IMG/VR virus record: IMGVR_UViG_3300032087_004222
Length of the DNA stretch: 64,000 nt
Source: an uncultured virus (IMG/VR IMGVR_UViG_3300032087_004222)
Lineage: Duplodnaviria > Heunggongvirae > Uroviricota > Caudoviricetes
Strand: one strand, 5' to 3'
How positions within the stretch are numbered: position 1 is the stretch's first letter; each line of letters begins with the position of its first letter. This document shows positions 54,101-63,474 of this stretch, one piece after another. A model generated the notes under the pieces. That model was not told where the DNA came from. It did no database searches and saw only the letters and a list, made by a program, of their open reading frames with translations. The translations under genes were made by a program, and so were the position numbers.

Positions 54101-56929
54101 GAGCAACTCGGGTTCCCCTTGGATGACGCCCACATCCAGCACGTGCGCTCCTACATCGAGAGCATACCAGATGGTAGAATCCAGTTCATTCAGTCGAATC
54201 ACAACCTGATAAAGGAGCACGGTGACCTCATGGGCCTCGACTCTGGAGCCTATGACGACCACCTCGACGAGCACATCAAGCAGCAGTACGGGTACGGTGT
54301 AGGTAGCGCTGACTCACCACTCGTGGCCGAGCAGCGGAACCTCAAGACCATGAGGAGTAGAATGGAGAAGGACGTACGCGAGTGGGACCTAATGTCTGGT
54401 AAGAGGCTACTAGAGGTACGGGCGAGACTGGAGGAACTAGAGCCGCTCATCGAGCAGGAGAGCAGGATACGCTCCTTCGACGCCCTCCACAGCAGGGCAC
54501 TGAGGTACCTCGAGGACAACAACGTCGACAGGGCTACCTCCACCATATCGAGGCTCGCAGAGAGGATGGGGGTGGACGTGGACACCAGCAACCCCAGACA
54601 GGCACTTGACAGCATCAGCGACATGATATCCGAGCAGAGGGGGAGTCTGGGATACGGTAGGCAACTCCACGGTCACAGCAAGGCCATCCAATCCGTCTTC
54701 AACAAGGACAGGAGGGAGCAGCACGAGGCCTTCGGGGTACGCCGTGTCCAAGCACCACTCGAGACCGAGAAGACGGACGAGGGGGTCGTGACCACCACCC
54801 CATTCGCAAGGATGGGGGAGAAGGAGAGGTACGGCAAGGGGATCATGGGCGACACGACCAGAGGTCAGGCACGTGAGGGCAAGAGCGCCACCCACAGGCA
54901 CAACCAGACGCTCCACAACCTACGTGACTTGGTCGTCTACGACCCCGAGAGCGACACAGGCGCCAACGAGGACAGCACGTTCGCCACCGAGCGCCTCGAG
55001 TTCGGCGCACAGCCCATCACGAACTTCGACTCGGACGGGGCCAATGCCATGCACTACTTCACCAGTGCGAGCGCAATGAGGCAGCATGGGTACAGGGTCA
55101 GGCCCACACATGGCTTCGAGTTCAACGACGGGTCTCCCCAGATCGGCACCCAGTCCTTCGAGCAGGCGCTGGTGTCAGTGCCCAACGACATGATCAGCGC
55201 TGCCCTCGGGCCAGACGTCGCCCAGAGGTACCTCTTTAACGGCATGAACACCGACGTCTACGGAATGACCGAGTTCGAGCCCCCAGCCAACAGGGGAGAC
55301 GCCATGGGGGTGCCCCTGTCCCAGACACCCATGATCGGCAAGTCGATTCAGGACGCTGGCCTCTACGCCACGTTCATGCTCAACCCCGACCTCATCGTCA
55401 AGGCAGATGCCGCACCCGAGTGGGTGCCGCCCATCAGGCCCATGCACAGGATATTCAGGATGAGGGACTTGGAGGAGTTGAGGGGCTTCACCGGTAGTTG
55501 GGTCGTGTCGAAGTGGTACGATGGCGACAGGATAGTCCTGACCAAGAAGAAAGGGAGGGTCAAGGCATTCGACGAGGACGGGGGACAGAGGGCCATCCCA
55601 GACTGGGCCAAGAAGGGGGTCAAGAATCTAGGTGAGAAGGACTGCACACTCGACGGCATCCTCGGCAAGGACACGCTCCACATCATGGACATCATGCACT
55701 ACGATGGCACCGACATCATGGACATGAACGTCAGGGAGCGCTTCAAGGTCCTGAGAGGTCAGTACGACAGTCACGAGCAAGTCATCATCGTAGGACCACA
55801 CGACACGAGGTTCACGGACGAGGAGGGTCTCAAGGACGCCGTCGAGACGCTGCAGGCGGAGCACAGAACGCTCCTGCTCAGGGACGGCAAGAGCACGTAC
55901 ATGCGCGGTGAGCGGAGGCATCCCAAGTGGGTGGTGCTGAGGCCGAACAGGGACATCAACCTCATCGTCCTCGATCGCAGGGGCAACGGCCCCTACACAT
56001 ACAGGCTCGGTGCAGGTCCACTGATAGACGGTGAGGGACTAGGTGACAGAGCGGTCGACCATGACGGCAACGTCTACCTCGATGCTGGTACTGTATCCAG
56101 CCCGAAGCCGTTCGAGGAGGGTGACATCGTCAAGGTCAGGTTCTCCGGCATCAAGAGGCAGAGGAAGGGAGGGCGTGACATCTTCACGATCAGCCCATCC
56201 AAGTTGGTCGGCGAGGGACAGGGCGAGTCCAGCGTCTCGATGGAGACCCTCTCCATACTGGCCAAGGCATACTCGCCCGTGCACCTACCACATGGCATCG
56301 ACATCAAGGACGACACCCTACTCGTCACGCTGCCCAACGAGAGCATCGTCACGTACACGCTCGAGAAGAGCAGCCTAGGACACTGGGTGCACTCACCGAC
56401 CACGCCACTGTCGGACATGGGCATGGATACTTACAGCATAGAACTATCCGAGAGCCTCAAGCCATTCTGGGGAGAGGTCGCCAGCATGATGCTGAAGGGG
56501 AAGATAGAGAGGCAGAAGGACGCCGAGAGCGAGGTCGCGCCCACGGAGGAGCAGCAGGAGCACCGCAGGAAGGTCATCGAAGAGGAGAGCGCTGGCATCC
56601 TGAAGCCAGAGGACAAGAACATCCTCCTCAAGCCCAAGATGAAGAAGGCGCTGGAGGTGCTCGAGCGGGCACTCGACGTCCTCGAGAAGGAGCAGATGTT
56701 CAACACCACTGGTGGCAAGGGGCTGGGCATCGATATGGGCAGTGGGATACAGAGCCCAAGGGGGCCAACGAGCCTCACCTCAGAGATGTCGTTGCCCGAC
56801 TGGGACATGAAGGAGAGACCAGAGGAGGACCCCGAGGATGAGTATCCCAAGGCAAAGGCCCTCAGAAACAGGAAGAAGCGCTCGCAGTCAAGCGATTCCA
56901 AGGAGGAGATTAATCCAAAGCAGGAATAA
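51197..56929 (+). CDS. Giant (1910-aa) head-module protein with C-terminal degenerate ATP-dependent ligase domain
   Basis: SKWYDGDR, LDGIL, MDIMHYDG, LLLRD...STYMRGERRHPKW, followed by an OB-like segment. Confidence 0.8.
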   Translation: MYEDAADIFIRARDALIESVDKDVDIDSSVQEYMLAKANLVAHGFDYEPTWREMLCDNLIKNEKREGFVPSPTYKKRMREERRERHKGHLPRTNHFAGRIMRNDPSLSHGIPVSAIADPTRHHSRADEHILSGVHDPLEKRSMTSGRQRKIEFLARRFLPDEEGNSRAKDVKRAERLIEDWMKGTGNPHVTENTEGTYSYPLLGPLGDSVDQSILSHEDDIYERDFRRWSRDNAAGQDNREIRLQHFDDRAKAWMDRSGPEFDESGELSEDDKTILAYLSESPEAEAIRERVGSSSITKHPSYLNQLSFMLGLQWLSPEERSKVMDHLSEHGSDSKEQHVKFDDGTRLPMGRLKRNMRMASENALSHVRRGPKAGPHNVAPVWSQNYEIGPGVDDRALYSVLEHAYLVDDKVTFDRIEAEKAEMAEKDKHCMDKFGRKYYECTVEQQRQTDREVEGHGKLMDKAIVNLHEAFGIKTDDGDYVERFMHLPDISPSQLAGIEGDMVDEMETLTASKKKGNVVNRDNLLHVLGFDSKGNEIPTGEHGYPSHSGPLIDNAHLKELLRKEKEFKLLPSRRREIQDVLSLFGTNVPFKDLETVPLEVQEAISILGDKHFAGDFASMYHEGGHAIDQHILTEKLHDHHSERDDSIISSVNRDKEDIIPNPINMGLFGHLMRPSAEAALGPHAMQHHSNFLGTAMLNHALSSVTFPSVARLLHGMKQSEVGSKYGKKQSIDQLNNLLIDTVKEGRKKNIPYGKELMMRAKDVTDYDREMGREVGDIFAGGGSVRRLDANNWVHTSGEQRRNKIEHMRLASLLGGLHTRFPTSNSGIDFNEDNIRQLEQAFSTTDETGGRKKAARQIDQMNLKHQYELKSIVDAARHLATLLPPEALDPDNPAFDANIRRLFHDANKSLHVLPSEYWEGVGVRPMTADYMISQQMQKAEPIYSRLRERLTQGGGIPVTSRSDPSELAEQLGFPLDDAHIQHVRSYIESIPDGRIQFIQSNHNLIKEHGDLMGLDSGAYDDHLDEHIKQQYGYGVGSADSPLVAEQRNLKTMRSRMEKDVREWDLMSGKRLLEVRARLEELEPLIEQESRIRSFDALHSRALRYLEDNNVDRATSTISRLAERMGVDVDTSNPRQALDSISDMISEQRGSLGYGRQLHGHSKAIQSVFNKDRREQHEAFGVRRVQAPLETEKTDEGVVTTTPFARMGEKERYGKGIMGDTTRGQAREGKSATHRHNQTLHNLRDLVVYDPESDTGANEDSTFATERLEFGAQPITNFDSDGANAMHYFTSASAMRQHGYRVRPTHGFEFNDGSPQIGTQSFEQALVSVPNDMISAALGPDVAQRYLFNGMNTDVYGMTEFEPPANRGDAMGVPLSQTPMIGKSIQDAGLYATFMLNPDLIVKADAAPEWVPPIRPMHRIFRMRDLEELRGFTGSWVVSKWYDGDRIVLTKKKGRVKAFDEDGGQRAIPDWAKKGVKNLGEKDCTLDGILGKDTLHIMDIMHYDGTDIMDMNVRERFKVLRGQYDSHEQVIIVGPHDTRFTDEEGLKDAVETLQAEHRTLLLRDGKSTYMRGERRHPKWVVLRPNRDINLIVLDRRGNGPYTYRLGAGPLIDGEGLGDRAVDHDGNVYLDAGTVSSPKPFEEGDIVKVRFSGIKRQRKGGRDIFTISPSKLVGEGQGESSVSMETLSILAKAYSPVHLPHGIDIKDDTLLVTLPNESIVTYTLEKSSLGHWVHSPTTPLSDMGMDTYSIELSESLKPFWGEVASMMLKGKIERQKDAESEVAPTEEQQEHRRKVIEEESAGILKPEDKNILLKPKMKKALEVLERALDVLEKEQMFNTTGGKGLGIDMGSGIQSPRGPTSLTSEMSLPDWDMKERPEEDPEDEYPKAKALRNRKKRSQSSDSKEEINPKQE

Positions 56930-56977
56930 TCCATTGCCGCTTCATATATGTAGTATGACTGAACCAACTATGATACT

Positions 56978-58360
56978 GTGTTGTCACAACCACTACGTGC
57001 AACAGGAGAGTCAAACCTCCGATTGCTCAAGGGTGGTGACCTCGTCGTCGCTGGGTATGCCAGCGTCGAAGTGGTAGACAAGCAAGGCGACAAGATAACC
57101 AAGCAGGCACTCAAAGACGCATTCAAGAAATACATGGAGGACCCGAAGTTCAGGAACGTGCAACTAGCGCACTCAAACATACAAGTCGGGGAAGTAATAC
57201 CATCATACACTGATAACGAAGGGAGGTTCTGGAAAAGCGAAGTTGACGATGTCGGCATGTTCGTGGTAGTATCACTACGAGACGACATCGAGAAAGCAAA
57301 GGAAGTCGCTGCTGAAATCCGCAAAGGGGCACTCAGGGGATTCAGCATTGGTGGTCAGGCATTCAAGAGAGTGAGGAAGTCGGACCCCGAGCATGGAGAC
57401 TACCAAGAAATCAGCAAGTTGGAACTGCATGAAATTACAATCTGCGAGCGAGGCATCAACCCAGAGGCGACGTTCAAGATCCTAAAGGAAGACAAAGAAA
57501 AAGAACAGGTGAAAAAAATGACAGAAGAAAATGACGTAATGACGCAAATGACTGACGTCCTTTCGCGTCTGGAAGGTCGGCTTGATGCCTTTGAGAAGGG
57601 GATGCCTCCTCAACTCAAAGAAGCCATGAAAGACGACAAGAAAGACATGAAGGACGAGAAAGACATGGACAAAGATGATGAGAAGAAATCCGAGGACGTA
57701 GAAAAGTCCGAGGAGTACTCCGACGTCATCTCGTCCGAGTACTTGGACTGGATGGAGAACACCCTGAAATCCGCTGGTGTGGATGTAGAGGGTGCTCGAA
57801 CCCACTTCGATGACGTGGCAAAGGCCAACCTAGGCTCAGACCCCAAGGCCATCGGAGACGGTGGCTCCTACTTCGCTGGACAAGCACCCGGCAGGGAGCA
57901 GGAAGACGGCAAGCCAGAGGTCCCCAAGGCCGAGTTCGGCGCTGGTGGAAAGGGCAAATCGTCCAAAGTCGCGAAAGCCGACTACCTTAACCCAGAGAAT
58001 GTTTCCGCAACTGACGTGGAAGCAGCCTACGAAGTCTACAAAGCAGCCATGCTCGAGGCAGAGTTGAAGAAATCCCTAGAGGGAGAGTTCGCTGCTCGCT
58101 ACGAGCAAGAGAGATCCGCAGAGATCGCCAAGGCCGCTGCCCTCGAGTTCGACGCACGAGGACCTCTCGATGAGATCCAGAAGTCGATCGCCTCCCTAGC
58201 GGAGAGAGTCGAGGCACTCAGCACCCCAGCAGAGGCTGGCGAGACGATCGCCAAGTCCGAGTCCGTACCATCCGTAGATGTCCCCTCCACCGCTGACCTA
58301 GCGTCAATGTCGTGGGACGAGGTTCACAACCTAGCAAACAAGGCCTTCAGGAGGGCCTAA
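56978..58360 (+). CDS. Prohead protease (HK97-type) fused to scaffold
   Basis: GYASVEVVDKQGD, LAHSN, GFSIGG, EITICE..INPEA; acidic coiled-coil C-terminus. Confidence 0.9.
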   Translation: MLSQPLRATGESNLRLLKGGDLVVAGYASVEVVDKQGDKITKQALKDAFKKYMEDPKFRNVQLAHSNIQVGEVIPSYTDNEGRFWKSEVDDVGMFVVVSLRDDIEKAKEVAAEIRKGALRGFSIGGQAFKRVRKSDPEHGDYQEISKLELHEITICERGINPEATFKILKEDKEKEQVKKMTEENDVMTQMTDVLSRLEGRLDAFEKGMPPQLKEAMKDDKKDMKDEKDMDKDDEKKSEDVEKSEEYSDVISSEYLDWMENTLKSAGVDVEGARTHFDDVAKANLGSDPKAIGDGGSYFAGQAPGREQEDGKPEVPKAEFGAGGKGKSSKVAKADYLNPENVSATDVEAAYEVYKAAMLEAELKKSLEGEFAARYEQERSAEIAKAAALEFDARGPLDEIQKSIASLAERVEALSTPAEAGETIAKSESVPSVDVPSTADLASMSWDEVHNLANKAFRRA

Positions 58361-58383
58361 GTAAAACACAGAGGTGATTATGA

Positions 58384-59514
58384 ATGGCAAGAGACTACGT
58401 ACGAACAATAACTGACATGGAGCGGTACTACTACGGTGCCGGGAACGCAATGGGCTACTCCTACTCCGGTAGCGAGTTGCTCAAGGCCGACAGCCCAATG
58501 CTGTCCACGACTGCTGGTACATACCAAGCAATCTACGGGCGCAAGGTCTGGTCGCAGTTGAACCAAGAGTTCAACGCCTTCAGCATACTACCCAAGAGGC
58601 CTTGGGACAGATCAGGATGGAGAGTCATCACCGCCAAGCCAAACGGCGGTGCACTCCACGGCGGCGTTGCTGAGAACGCAACACTGCCTGACACTGTGAA
58701 GCCAACCTTCCAGCACGTCGCTGCAAAGCCAAAGACGATCGCACACACCTTCGACATGTCGGAGACCGCGATCTTCCTCGCTGACAAGGACGACGGCCTC
58801 GGAGACATCCGATCCGTCATGAAGGAAGAGATGGGCAAGCACCACGCTGAGATGGTCAACAAGATGCTCCTAACGGACGTCACGACCGTCGCTTCCAACA
58901 ACTTCGAGTCGTTGGACAGAATCACGACTGGAAACAACCAGATGGCATCAGGTACCCACTACGACGCTGGGGACGAGGACATCTACTCCATCGACAGGAG
59001 CGCCAACACATGGTCCTTCGCAGAGGACAACGCCGATGCAAGTTCAAACAACAGGGCCCTCAGCCTTGACCAACTTGACACGCTGTTCCAGAACATCTGG
59101 GAGCGCGGTGGAAACCCGAAGGTCATCCTAACTGGATATGACACCTTGATGAGACTACAGCAACTGCTACAGTCCCAGCAGAGGTTCATGGAAGAGAAGA
59201 GGGTGACCCCCACCTACAACGGTGTGAAGGGTGTCCCCGGAATCGAGGCTGGTTTCATCGTGGCTACCTACAACGGTGTCCCGATCATCCCATCCAAGGA
59301 CGTAGCGAAAGACGGTATCAGCAGGATGTACTTCCTCGACACTGACTACCTGTACTTCAGCACAGCAATACCAACTCAATACTACGAGAGTGGTATCGAG
59401 ACTGGCGACCCGTTCGCCATCAACAGACTAGGTCAGGAAGGACTATACCGAACCATGGGTGAGGTATGGACCACTTTCTTCGGTGCACATGGTAGCGTGA
59501 GGGACCTGTCCTGA
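58384..59514 (+). CDS. Major capsid protein (HK97 fold)
   Basis: 376 aa directly after the protease, strong GAGGTGA RBS, YNGVPIIPSKD; N-terminal LLK|A. Confidence 0.88.
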   Translation: MARDYVRTITDMERYYYGAGNAMGYSYSGSELLKADSPMLSTTAGTYQAIYGRKVWSQLNQEFNAFSILPKRPWDRSGWRVITAKPNGGALHGGVAENATLPDTVKPTFQHVAAKPKTIAHTFDMSETAIFLADKDDGLGDIRSVMKEEMGKHHAEMVNKMLLTDVTTVASNNFESLDRITTGNNQMASGTHYDAGDEDIYSIDRSANTWSFAEDNADASSNNRALSLDQLDTLFQNIWERGGNPKVILTGYDTLMRLQQLLQSQQRFMEEKRVTPTYNGVKGVPGIEAGFIVATYNGVPIIPSKDVAKDGISRMYFLDTDYLYFSTAIPTQYYESGIETGDPFAINRLGQEGLYRTMGEVWTTFFGAHGSVRDLS

Positions 59515-59546
59515 ATTGGAGATAATAAGTAGGTAGGTGAAAAAAG

Positions 59547-59948
59547 ATGGCAATAACATACACAACAAGCAGCAGCGCAGTATTTACCGAGAGTTTCTCT
59601 CTTGATCTATACGCAGGAACACCAGATGACGACACGTCATGGCTGGACGGCGGAGCAGCCGCGGGTTCATACCCCGGCTCCCTCGCTGGTTTCCAAGCCA
59701 AGAACTCGAACACAACGAACGCCACAGCAGGGGCCAAATTGGTTTGCGGTCAATTCACAACGGCACTAGCCAACGATGAGACCTTGACCCTATCAGGGGA
59801 CGCAACCAAAGTCCTAGCAGTGATCGTTGGTGACAACAGCACCGCAGCAGCAGGTGTGACACTGAAGAACATCACTAACGGTGTTGCTCAGTTCACTGTC
59901 ACGTCGACATCTGACGCATTAGTGACTTGCTGGATGATAGTGGCTTGA
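59547..59948 (+). CDS. Virion structural protein (decoration-like)
   Basis: T/S/A/G-rich, follows MCP. Confidence 0.55.
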   Translation: MAITYTTSSSAVFTESFSLDLYAGTPDDDTSWLDGGAAAGSYPGSLAGFQAKNSNTTNATAGAKLVCGQFTTALANDETLTLSGDATKVLAVIVGDNSTAAAGVTLKNITNGVAQFTVTSTSDALVTCWMIVA

Positions 59949-59958
59949 GGTGCTCTTA

Positions 59959-60354
59959 ATGCCCTCAGTCCGCTACAATGGACCCTCGTTCTACAGGCGA
60001 AGCCCTGACGCTTACACGCCTGACTGGACAAGGGGAGAGGTCAGGGACGTCACACAGGAATGGGTGGATGAGTACCGCCGGTTCCTTGTGGCCCCCTACT
60101 TCACCCTCGAAGGCGACGAGGCTCCAACAGTAGATGTGGGGAACGACGGCATACCTGACGACTCGTGGCGACGCGCTGACATCAGTGCGTGGCTCGGGTC
60201 TCAGGGTGTCGAGTTCGCAGCATCATCATACAGAACGAAAACAAAATTGCTTCAACTCGTGGACCAGCATCTGAACCCACCGGCACCAGAGCCGGAGCCG
60301 GAAGTATTAGATGAGGAGCCAATAGTTGAGGAACAACAGGAAACAGGAGAGTGA
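59959..60354 (+). CDS. Hypothetical protein (HeH/SAP-like C-terminus possible)
   Basis: DSWRRADISAWL...TKTKLLQLV. Confidence 0.55.
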   Translation: MPSVRYNGPSFYRRSPDAYTPDWTRGEVRDVTQEWVDEYRRFLVAPYFTLEGDEAPTVDVGNDGIPDDSWRRADISAWLGSQGVEFAASSYRTKTKLLQLVDQHLNPPAPEPEPEVLDEEPIVEEQQETGE

Positions 60355-60361
60355 TTGAAAC

Positions 60362-60607
60362 ATGACAGTAGCATTTGACAGCAGACCGACAGTATTTGGA
60401 AATCTAATGGTAGTGACTGGCACGTTCGCCAATGGAGACTCGTCCGTGGACCTATCCCCGTTCCTAGCAGACATCGTCATGTTCCAAGTCATGGAAGAAG
60501 ACTCGACCGCTAGGGCAGTGGCTGTATCGTACAGCGGTACGACAGCCTACTTCACAGAGTTAGGCACTGGCGGCGGAAGATTCATGGCAATCGGACACAG
60601 GAACTGA
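60362..60607 (+). CDS. Small virion protein
   Basis: 81 aa, beta-rich. Confidence 0.6.
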   Translation: MTVAFDSRPTVFGNLMVVTGTFANGDSSVDLSPFLADIVMFQVMEEDSTARAVAVSYSGTTAYFTELGTGGGRFMAIGHRN

Positions 60608-60623
60608 TTGAACAGGTGATTGA

Positions 60624-60791
60624 GTGGCAGCAGGAGTGACGGTCCTAGGACCATACACACCAAGGCAGTTCTCAGCCACTTCTACCTTGAGTTCCACCAT
60701 TACCGGTGAACTTCCAAGTGGTACGATAGTGTCCTGTGAGCCGATCAACGTTCTGGGCAACATCTATCTTGTAGTCTATCACTCCTCATGA
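60624..60791 (+). CDS. 55-aa hypothetical protein
   Basis: Translated by hand from GTG after an AGGTGA RBS: MAAGVTVLGPYTP...YLVVYHSS. Confidence 0.5.
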   Translation: MAAGVTVLGPYTPRQFSATSTLSSTITGELPSGTIVSCEPINVLGNIYLVVYHSS

Positions 60792-60803
60792 TGGGGTGAG
60801 ACT

Positions 60804-61103
60804 GTGGGGTTCGAGTTGAGAACGCTTGACATCGATGACCTCTCGGTAGCACAGAAGCAGAATGTGAGATACGCAACAAGCATCGGGGAGGGGAATGTTC
60901 TCTCAGAGGACAAACCCCTCGCCGGTGTCACATCCGAGCAGCGCAAACGGAACAAGAACGTGGGCGACGTGCTCAACATAGGCGCTGGTACGCGCTGCAA
61001 GCACTGTGGGTTCCTGCACTTCATGTGGAGGGAGACATGTGGTGCATGCGAAAGACCAATGGAGTACAACCTAGCGACACGGAGTGAGGAGGCCAGACTG
61101 TAG
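60804..61103 (+). CDS. Zn-ribbon protein
   Basis: CKHCG...CGAC. Confidence 0.65.
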   Translation: MGFELRTLDIDDLSVAQKQNVRYATSIGEGNVLSEDKPLAGVTSEQRKRNKNVGDVLNIGAGTRCKHCGFLHFMWRETCGACERPMEYNLATRSEEARL

Positions 61104-62669
61104 ATGCCACAAGTATTCAGTCCCGGTGAGCCAGAGACGAGACCGCTCGACCCAGACGCCCTTGTCTACACCACACCACAGAAGGTCGCTGACCTCCTTG
61201 AGATCGGCCCACAGGACGCTGTAGCGGTGAGCGCAGATTCAGAGAGCACTGGGGTTTTCGTGTCTGGGGCGAACTATCGCAGCATCGGGTTCGCTGTGGG
61301 AGACACGCTACTCATCTACAGCGATGCCGACCCGCTCGGTCTGGAGCGGACCATCACGGCCATCACATCGACGATCAATGGCGTCAGGCTCGGTTTCACG
61401 TCATCCATAACGGCGGCGGACTACCAGAGCGCTGACAACACCTACGTCCAGAACACGGCGTCCTTCACCAATGGTAGGACGAGGGGCGTCACGTATGACA
61501 AGGTCAAGCAACTCATCCTCCGTGCGCAGGACAGGATAGACAACATGACGCACAACTCATGGCGACCGAACCTCGTCGCTGCGGAGTACATCAACTTCGA
61601 CACGTACAAGCCATACAGGCGACGATACTACACTGACTACGTCGGCACCACACCACTCCTCTTCCGCAACGTACAGCAGATGCTCCGCATCGAGTTGTGG
61701 CAGGGTGACGACTACAGGGAGATAGGGGCGTCCGAGGCTCGCATCAAGATCCCAGACGACCCACGATCCCTATCAGGCTCCATCGTCATGTCTCCCGGCA
61801 ATGGGAGCGCCGCTACGCTGACGATAGGGACGTCAACCACACAATGGAGGGCAGACTTCGACAAGATAACCACTGCCCAGAACCTCGCTGACCTAATCAA
61901 CAAGGAGGACAGGGTGAGCAAGGCAGCCGTCGACTTTTCACCAGCCTTCACCCTCGAGGGAAGTACTTCCAACGTAGCAGTACACAACGAGTTCCTAGCG
62001 ACAGCGAACTCCGACTACGGCAGCGGTCAGGTCAAGATCACGAGCATGAGATCCACACAGGCTGGTGAGTCGTGCAGCATCGTGGTGACGGACAGCAACA
62101 TCACCATAGAGCAAGTGGACACGAAGACCGCCACGTTCAGCAGCCTTGACAGCACGACGATCACCGTGGACAGCACAAGCGGCTTCTCTGACGCAGGTGT
62201 CGTCGTCGACGCCAGTGGTGACGTCTTCAGGTACACTGGAAAGACGGCCACTACCTTCACCGGCTGTGCGATCGTGGTTGGATCTGCGCTCTCTGACATA
62301 GCAGGGACACTCACACAGAACCTCATGCAGGTCGACCTACAGGGTGGTAGCGCGAGTGGTGACAGGGGCAGGCTACGTGACTACTGGCTCGACCACGAGA
62401 TGGGCATCATCTACTTCAACAACTCATACCCATTCTTCGAGTGGAACGCCGTGAAGGTGGCGTACATCTACGGTGAGAGGTACTTGGAGAAGGCCATCGA
62501 GGACATCTGCACCAAGATGGTGGCCATCGAGTTGCTGCTCAGCGACGACAGGAGCGTCCTCATACCAGAGGGCTCCCAGAACGTGGACCTAGCATCCAAG
62601 ATCCAACTCTACCGTCAGGACATCGATAGGACACTACCACGGTACATCGAGGTGGTCGCCTTTGAGTAG
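61104..62669 (+). CDS. Head-tail adaptor/neck protein with inserted beta domains
   Basis: YTTPQKVADLL; AQDRID; VKVAYIYG...IEDICTKMVA. Confidence 0.65.
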   Translation: MPQVFSPGEPETRPLDPDALVYTTPQKVADLLEIGPQDAVAVSADSESTGVFVSGANYRSIGFAVGDTLLIYSDADPLGLERTITAITSTINGVRLGFTSSITAADYQSADNTYVQNTASFTNGRTRGVTYDKVKQLILRAQDRIDNMTHNSWRPNLVAAEYINFDTYKPYRRRYYTDYVGTTPLLFRNVQQMLRIELWQGDDYREIGASEARIKIPDDPRSLSGSIVMSPGNGSAATLTIGTSTTQWRADFDKITTAQNLADLINKEDRVSKAAVDFSPAFTLEGSTSNVAVHNEFLATANSDYGSGQVKITSMRSTQAGESCSIVVTDSNITIEQVDTKTATFSSLDSTTITVDSTSGFSDAGVVVDASGDVFRYTGKTATTFTGCAIVVGSALSDIAGTLTQNLMQVDLQGGSASGDRGRLRDYWLDHEMGIIYFNNSYPFFEWNAVKVAYIYGERYLEKAIEDICTKMVAIELLLSDDRSVLIPEGSQNVDLASKIQLYRQDIDRTLPRYIEVVAFE

Positions 62670-63036
62670 ACCGTCGTTCGAGACGAAACTGCTGCTCAAG
62701 CAAGTCACTGAACACTTCAAGGCCAACGACGAACTGCAGAAGGAACTACGTGGGGCATTCTCACAGACGCCCCAGCCCCAGAGGGAGAGGATAGAGCAGG
62801 AGGAGAGGGAACTGTCCGCCATACCGGACGGGGAGCCAATGGACGAGGGTACGCTCTCTAGGGTGGAGTCACGAATGGTCACGGAGAACCCACTCTACTA
62901 CGACTATGACCTCGACCTCAAGGGAGGGGCGATAGTGCCCGACACCCAGTCGTACCTAAGAAAGGTGGAGGACAACAGCGCCATACGCGCATTCGAGAGA
63001 ACGGTGGTGAGGACCCGTGGTCGCAACATACAGTGA
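62662..63036 (+). CDS. Hypothetical neck-module protein
   Basis: TTG start overlapping the previous stop. Confidence 0.5.
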   Translation: MSRPSFETKLLLKQVTEHFKANDELQKELRGAFSQTPQPQRERIEQEERELSAIPDGEPMDEGTLSRVESRMVTENPLYYDYDLDLKGGAIVPDTQSYLRKVEDNSAIRAFERTVVRTRGRNIQ

Positions 63037-63466
63037 GGGCATCAACCTCGTCCTCGACACGCTCAACGAGAACTGGAACAGGGGCAACACCGACGGCTTC
63101 AAGCCGGTCATCATCGACGTGGCCGACGTCAGCCCCGAGACCGGCAAGCGACTGGACATGAGGAACAGGGACTATGTCATCGTGTTCGAGACGGCACACA
63201 ACGAGGAGACACCGGAACTGCTCTACGACTTCGTCACCACTAGGATAAACATCACACTCGATGCGAGGACCATGAGGAGCCGTCGACACCAGCAGTTGAT
63301 GGAGAACGAGATTCGCAGGATCATCCACACCAAGAGGAAGGGGGACGGCACCAACATGGACAGGCTCGTCTACAAGACCCGCACGGATCTCTCCGATAGG
63401 ACCAAATTACTCTTCAGAACCACGTTCCAAGTCGAAGTTGTTATCTTCGCAGAACTCATCCCATAG
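63017..63466 (+). CDS. Tail completion/terminator-like protein
   Basis: 149 aa immediately before the tail protein. Confidence 0.55.
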   Translation: MVATYSEGINLVLDTLNENWNRGNTDGFKPVIIDVADVSPETGKRLDMRNRDYVIVFETAHNEETPELLYDFVTTRINITLDARTMRSRRHQQLMENEIRRIIHTKRKGDGTNMDRLVYKTRTDLSDRTKLLFRTTFQVEVVIFAELIP

Positions 63467-63474
63467 GTGTAGGC

